From Chrysochromulina tobinii (Eukaryota), in contig JWZX01001440.1 of assembly GCA_001275005.1 (NCBI GenBank), positions 1-32,094 of the forward strand: a DNA stretch of 32,094 bases, in the 5' to 3' direction. A program made the translations under genes and the position numbers. The first letter of the stretch is position 1, and each line of letters begins with the position of its first letter. Under the pieces are notes generated by a model, which worked only from the letters and a program-made list of their open reading frames with translations, had not been told where the DNA came from and made no database searches. Of the stretch, positions 28,776-32,094 are shown piece by piece.

Positions 28776-31700
28776 TCATCCCGCCGCCTCGCCCGTCGCA
28801 GGAGACGCACTGGAGGCACTGGAGGGTGACGCATGGGAGGGTGCGGGTGACCTCCCGCGGCGCCCACGGAATATGTGCGTCATCTTCCCGAGCGCCGCCA
28901 TTGAATTCCACATGTCTCGATAGTCGGGCGACATGCTCTCGGGCGCCAGTTCTGTGTCGCCCACTTCGAGAGGCGCTGGCACGTCCTCTTCGGCCTCATC
29001 CTCCCCAAGGACCTCGCCGCTGCCGACGGCGGCGGCTTCGGCGGCGGCTTGGGCGGCGGCGAGCTCGGCGGCCTCGACCGCCTCGGCGTCATAGTCAGAC
29101 GGCTTGTTCTCGAGCTTGAGTCCGTACGAGAGCATGATGGGACCAAGTCGCTCCTTGTGCACCACGTCTGCACCGCCACTCGCCGCAAGAAAGGCGCGCG
29201 TCACCTTGGCCTGCCGAACGGCCGCGTTCGAGAACTTGACCATGTGCGTGAACTCCTTGAGCTCCAGATGGCCGTCGCCGTTGAAGTCCCAGGTGCCAAA
29301 GGCGCGCAGCAGCATCTCCTCCTCGAGATCCATCAGCTTGTCCCAATGCTCGAGGGCGCGGAAGAGGAAAGAGTCGACGCAGACGCGCCCGACGGTCCCC
29401 TTGGCCGTTGGCTTCTTGCAGCTCAGGTCGTCGCCCACATTGATCTCCTTCACCTTCTGCTCGCCCTCCCCGCGCAACGACTTGCCGCTCTCATCGATCA
29501 TCTTATCGGCGGTGAGCGGAAGGTCCTTTTTAGCATGGTCCGTCAGCACGGCCTCGAGGGTCTTGATCGCGCGGATAATGTCCGCTTCCTTCTTCGGGTC
29601 CATCTGCACCGCCGCGAACTTATTCGCAGCGGGAGCTTGGGGCTCACCTTCTGCGCTCGCCTTCGCGCTCGCCTTCTGCTCCTTTAGGTAGCTGACCTGC
29701 TTATTGAGCCGCTCGATGATCCTCTCGAAGTAGGCTGCGGGGACCTTGAGCACGTCCGGCTTCGCATAGCACGCCCAGAAGGCATCACCCTTCATGCCCG
29801 ACAGATGGTCCTCCCGGCAGATCTTGACGAGCTGGCCCAAGACCTGGCGCATGAAGATGGCGGCCTGGTTTGAAAAGGGCTGGCTGGAGCTCTCGCCCTC
29901 GGCATCTCCGGGAACGAGAGCCGTCAGTGTGCGGAAGATCTCGAGCCGCGTGTGCGTCTCGGACGACTGCTTGAGCCCTTTGAGCGTATCCCGCAGATTC
30001 GCCTCGGCGATCTTCTTGAGGCCATACAGCTCGACGAACCGGTCCTCGACGAACTCGCCAAAGTCTTGATTGTCTTCCTCGGTCTCGCCTCGAGAAGCCA
30101 TCTCAAGCTCGTACTCGACACGCGCCTGTATGCAAGCACGTGCCCACTCAGAAGGCAATCAAGGGGCAATCAAGGGGCGACCCAGAGGGGCATCCAGAGA
30201 GAGCCACCCCGCGAAGGGACATCAGGGGCAATCAAGGGCAATCAAGGGCAATCAAGGGCAATCAAGGGCAATCAAGGGCAGTCAAGGGCAGTCAAGGGCA
30301 ATCAAGGGCATCCCGCGAAGGGACATCAGGGGTGGCACTTGCCTGCATCATCGTCCCCACCGTCTTGTGTAGCATCCAAGCGGGCACCGCCTTCGACCCC
30401 TTGAGCGAGGTGATCATCGGCTTGCCACGGTGACGCGAGCGCCGCTTCCGACCGTTGGCGCCCATGCCACCAGCGCCAGTGGCGCCATCGTCCTCATCAT
30501 CGCCAGACCTTCGCTTCTCATTCATCGCCTTCAGGTGGGCTGCCGAGTCCGCCTGTATCGAGATATCCCGAGTGCCCGGCCCGCCCGAGCCTTCAAAGAA
30601 CTCGGGGAAGCCCAGCTTCTCCATCATCTTCGACTTCTCCTCCTCCGACATGCTTGCAAACGCCTTGCGCTGCTCCTCCGTCATGCCCGCGAACGCCGCG
30701 CGCTGCGCCGCCGACATGGTCTCATACTTGGCGCGTTCCTCAGGTGAGAGCTTCTCGAGCTCCGCGGCGGGTAGGCCGCCAGCGTCGCCGCCGCCCCCTC
30801 GTCTCGAAGAGCCGCTCCCGCCCACCTTGATGGGCTTACCATCCGCGCCGATCATCTCGGGCACGCCCATCGTCTCCTTCATGTACGTCGCGCGCTCCTC
30901 GGCGCTCATCGACTGGTACGCCGCGCGAGCCTCCTCGCTCATCGAGGCGAAGGCCGCGCGCTCGGCGTCGCTCATATTCTCGTACAGCCGCTTCTGATCG
31001 GCGGGCAGCGCGGCGAGCGCCGCGGCCGAGAGGGGAGGGCCCACCACGCCCTGCTCACGCATCGCCTTGGCGCGCTCCTCGGGCGACATGGCTGCAAAGG
31101 CCGCGCGCTGCTCCTCGCTCATACCCGCAAACACTGCCTGCTCCGCCTCGCTCATGCTCTGGTACAAGGCCTTCTGCTCCGCGGGCAGCGCCGCAATCGC
31201 CGCAGCCCCGAGCGTCTCGCCCACGACGCCCATCTGTCGCATCATCTTCTTGCGCTCATCAGGGCTCATGGCCTGGTACGCCGCGCGCTCCGCGTCGGTC
31301 ATGTTCGCAAAGGCCGCCATCTCGGCTTTGCTCATGCCCGCCATCGTCGCGAGAAGGGCTGCCTTCTCCTCGTCGGACATGGACTCGAAGGCCTTCCGCT
31401 GCTCGTCGCTCATGCCCGCGTACGCCGCTTGCTCCTCGGGCGACATCTTCTCGTACATCGCGCGCTGCTCGGGCGTGAGCTTCTCGAGCTCTTCGTCCGA
31501 AAACCCGCTCGCTGCGCCCCGCTTCGGACGGGGCGCGCGCGGCTGCTTCATTCGGGCGGCGGCGGCTTTCTGCCTCGCCATCTCCTCCCCTTGCTCCCTC
31601 GCGAGCGCGTCGGCGGCGGCTTGCGCCGCTTCTCGCTTCTGCTGCTGCTCGAGCTCCCGCTGCTGCTTCTGCTCGTCCCACTGCAGCCGCTGCCGCCGCT

Positions 31701-32094
31701 GCGCCTCTGCCTGAGCCCTGCCGAGGCTCGCGTTCGCCGCGATGCTGTCCGCATGGGCCTCGGCGCTCTTGCGAAGGGCGGCGAGGGCGGCGGGGTCGAC
31801 CCGACCTGGGCGCGCGTTGTGCTCCTTGAGCTCCCGCAGCGCTCGCTCGCGTGCCCGCCGCTGCCGGACGTGGAACGGTGTGTCGTAGGAGAGGAGCGCC
31901 GCCCACGAGCCGGCGCTATCCGAGGCGCTGTGCCGCTGAGGGGTGACCAGACCTTGGCGGGGCTCCACGAGGGGGTTTGCGGTCGCGCGGTGCGCGCCGA
32001 GCGACCGGGCGAGCGGCAAGCGCGGCAGGGTTGGCGAAGGCGGCTGAGAGTTGAGCCTCCAGGCGAGCGGCGATCGGGCGCTCGGCCGGAAGGT
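28776..32094 (-). CDS. Large 5'-partial protein: coiled coil, 11-aa MSxEERAAY/F helical repeats, C-terminal helical domain with EF-hand
   Basis: The frame of ORF 30292-32019 is open to the window end and joins ORF 28776-30158 in phase through a GC-AG intron 30342-30126 (CAG|GCAAGT...TACAG|GCG). EF-hand loop DFNGDGHLELKEF. Confidence 0.85.
30126..30342 (-). other. GC-AG intron (217 nt) filled with TTGATTGCCC 10-mers
   Basis: (gggcaatcaa)n array; cccgcgaagggacatcagggg present twice; CAGGC at both junctions. Confidence 0.85.

Overview
GC-rich, gene-dense, intron-containing eukaryotic DNA. GT/GC-AG introns filled with 10-bp TGATTGC-type repeats and an ATGCAAGTGCTCAYCACGGC intron motif suggest a haptophyte alga such as Chrysochromulina (inference). 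About 13 protein-coding genes can be read: a partial low-complexity protein; a bacterial-type thermonuclease with an Excalibur tail; a membrane-anchored 14-aa-repeat coiled coil; HisIE; an interrupted prolyl 4-hydroxylase; a small secreted or plastid protein; a 7-exon WWE-CCCH-BRCT-minimal ATP-dependent DNA ligase; a polyQ protein; a neprosin peptidase-PQ-loop transporter fusion lying between ~95-bp direct repeats; an Rdx-like/coiled-coil protein; a one-repeat-per-exon WD40 protein; a decapeptide-repeat/FG/ankyrin mosaic; and a partial EF-hand repeat protein. Strongest leads: (1) the neprosin-PQ-loop fusion cassette, (2) a minimal ligase carrying PAR-type recruitment domains, (3) introns apparently formed by exon duplication plus branch-point-like microsatellite filler, and (4) the hypervariable WD40 exon-cassette gene with an F-box-like tail. 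Gene models and domain calls were made by eye, without searches. No rRNA, tRNA, CRISPR array or transposase was seen.
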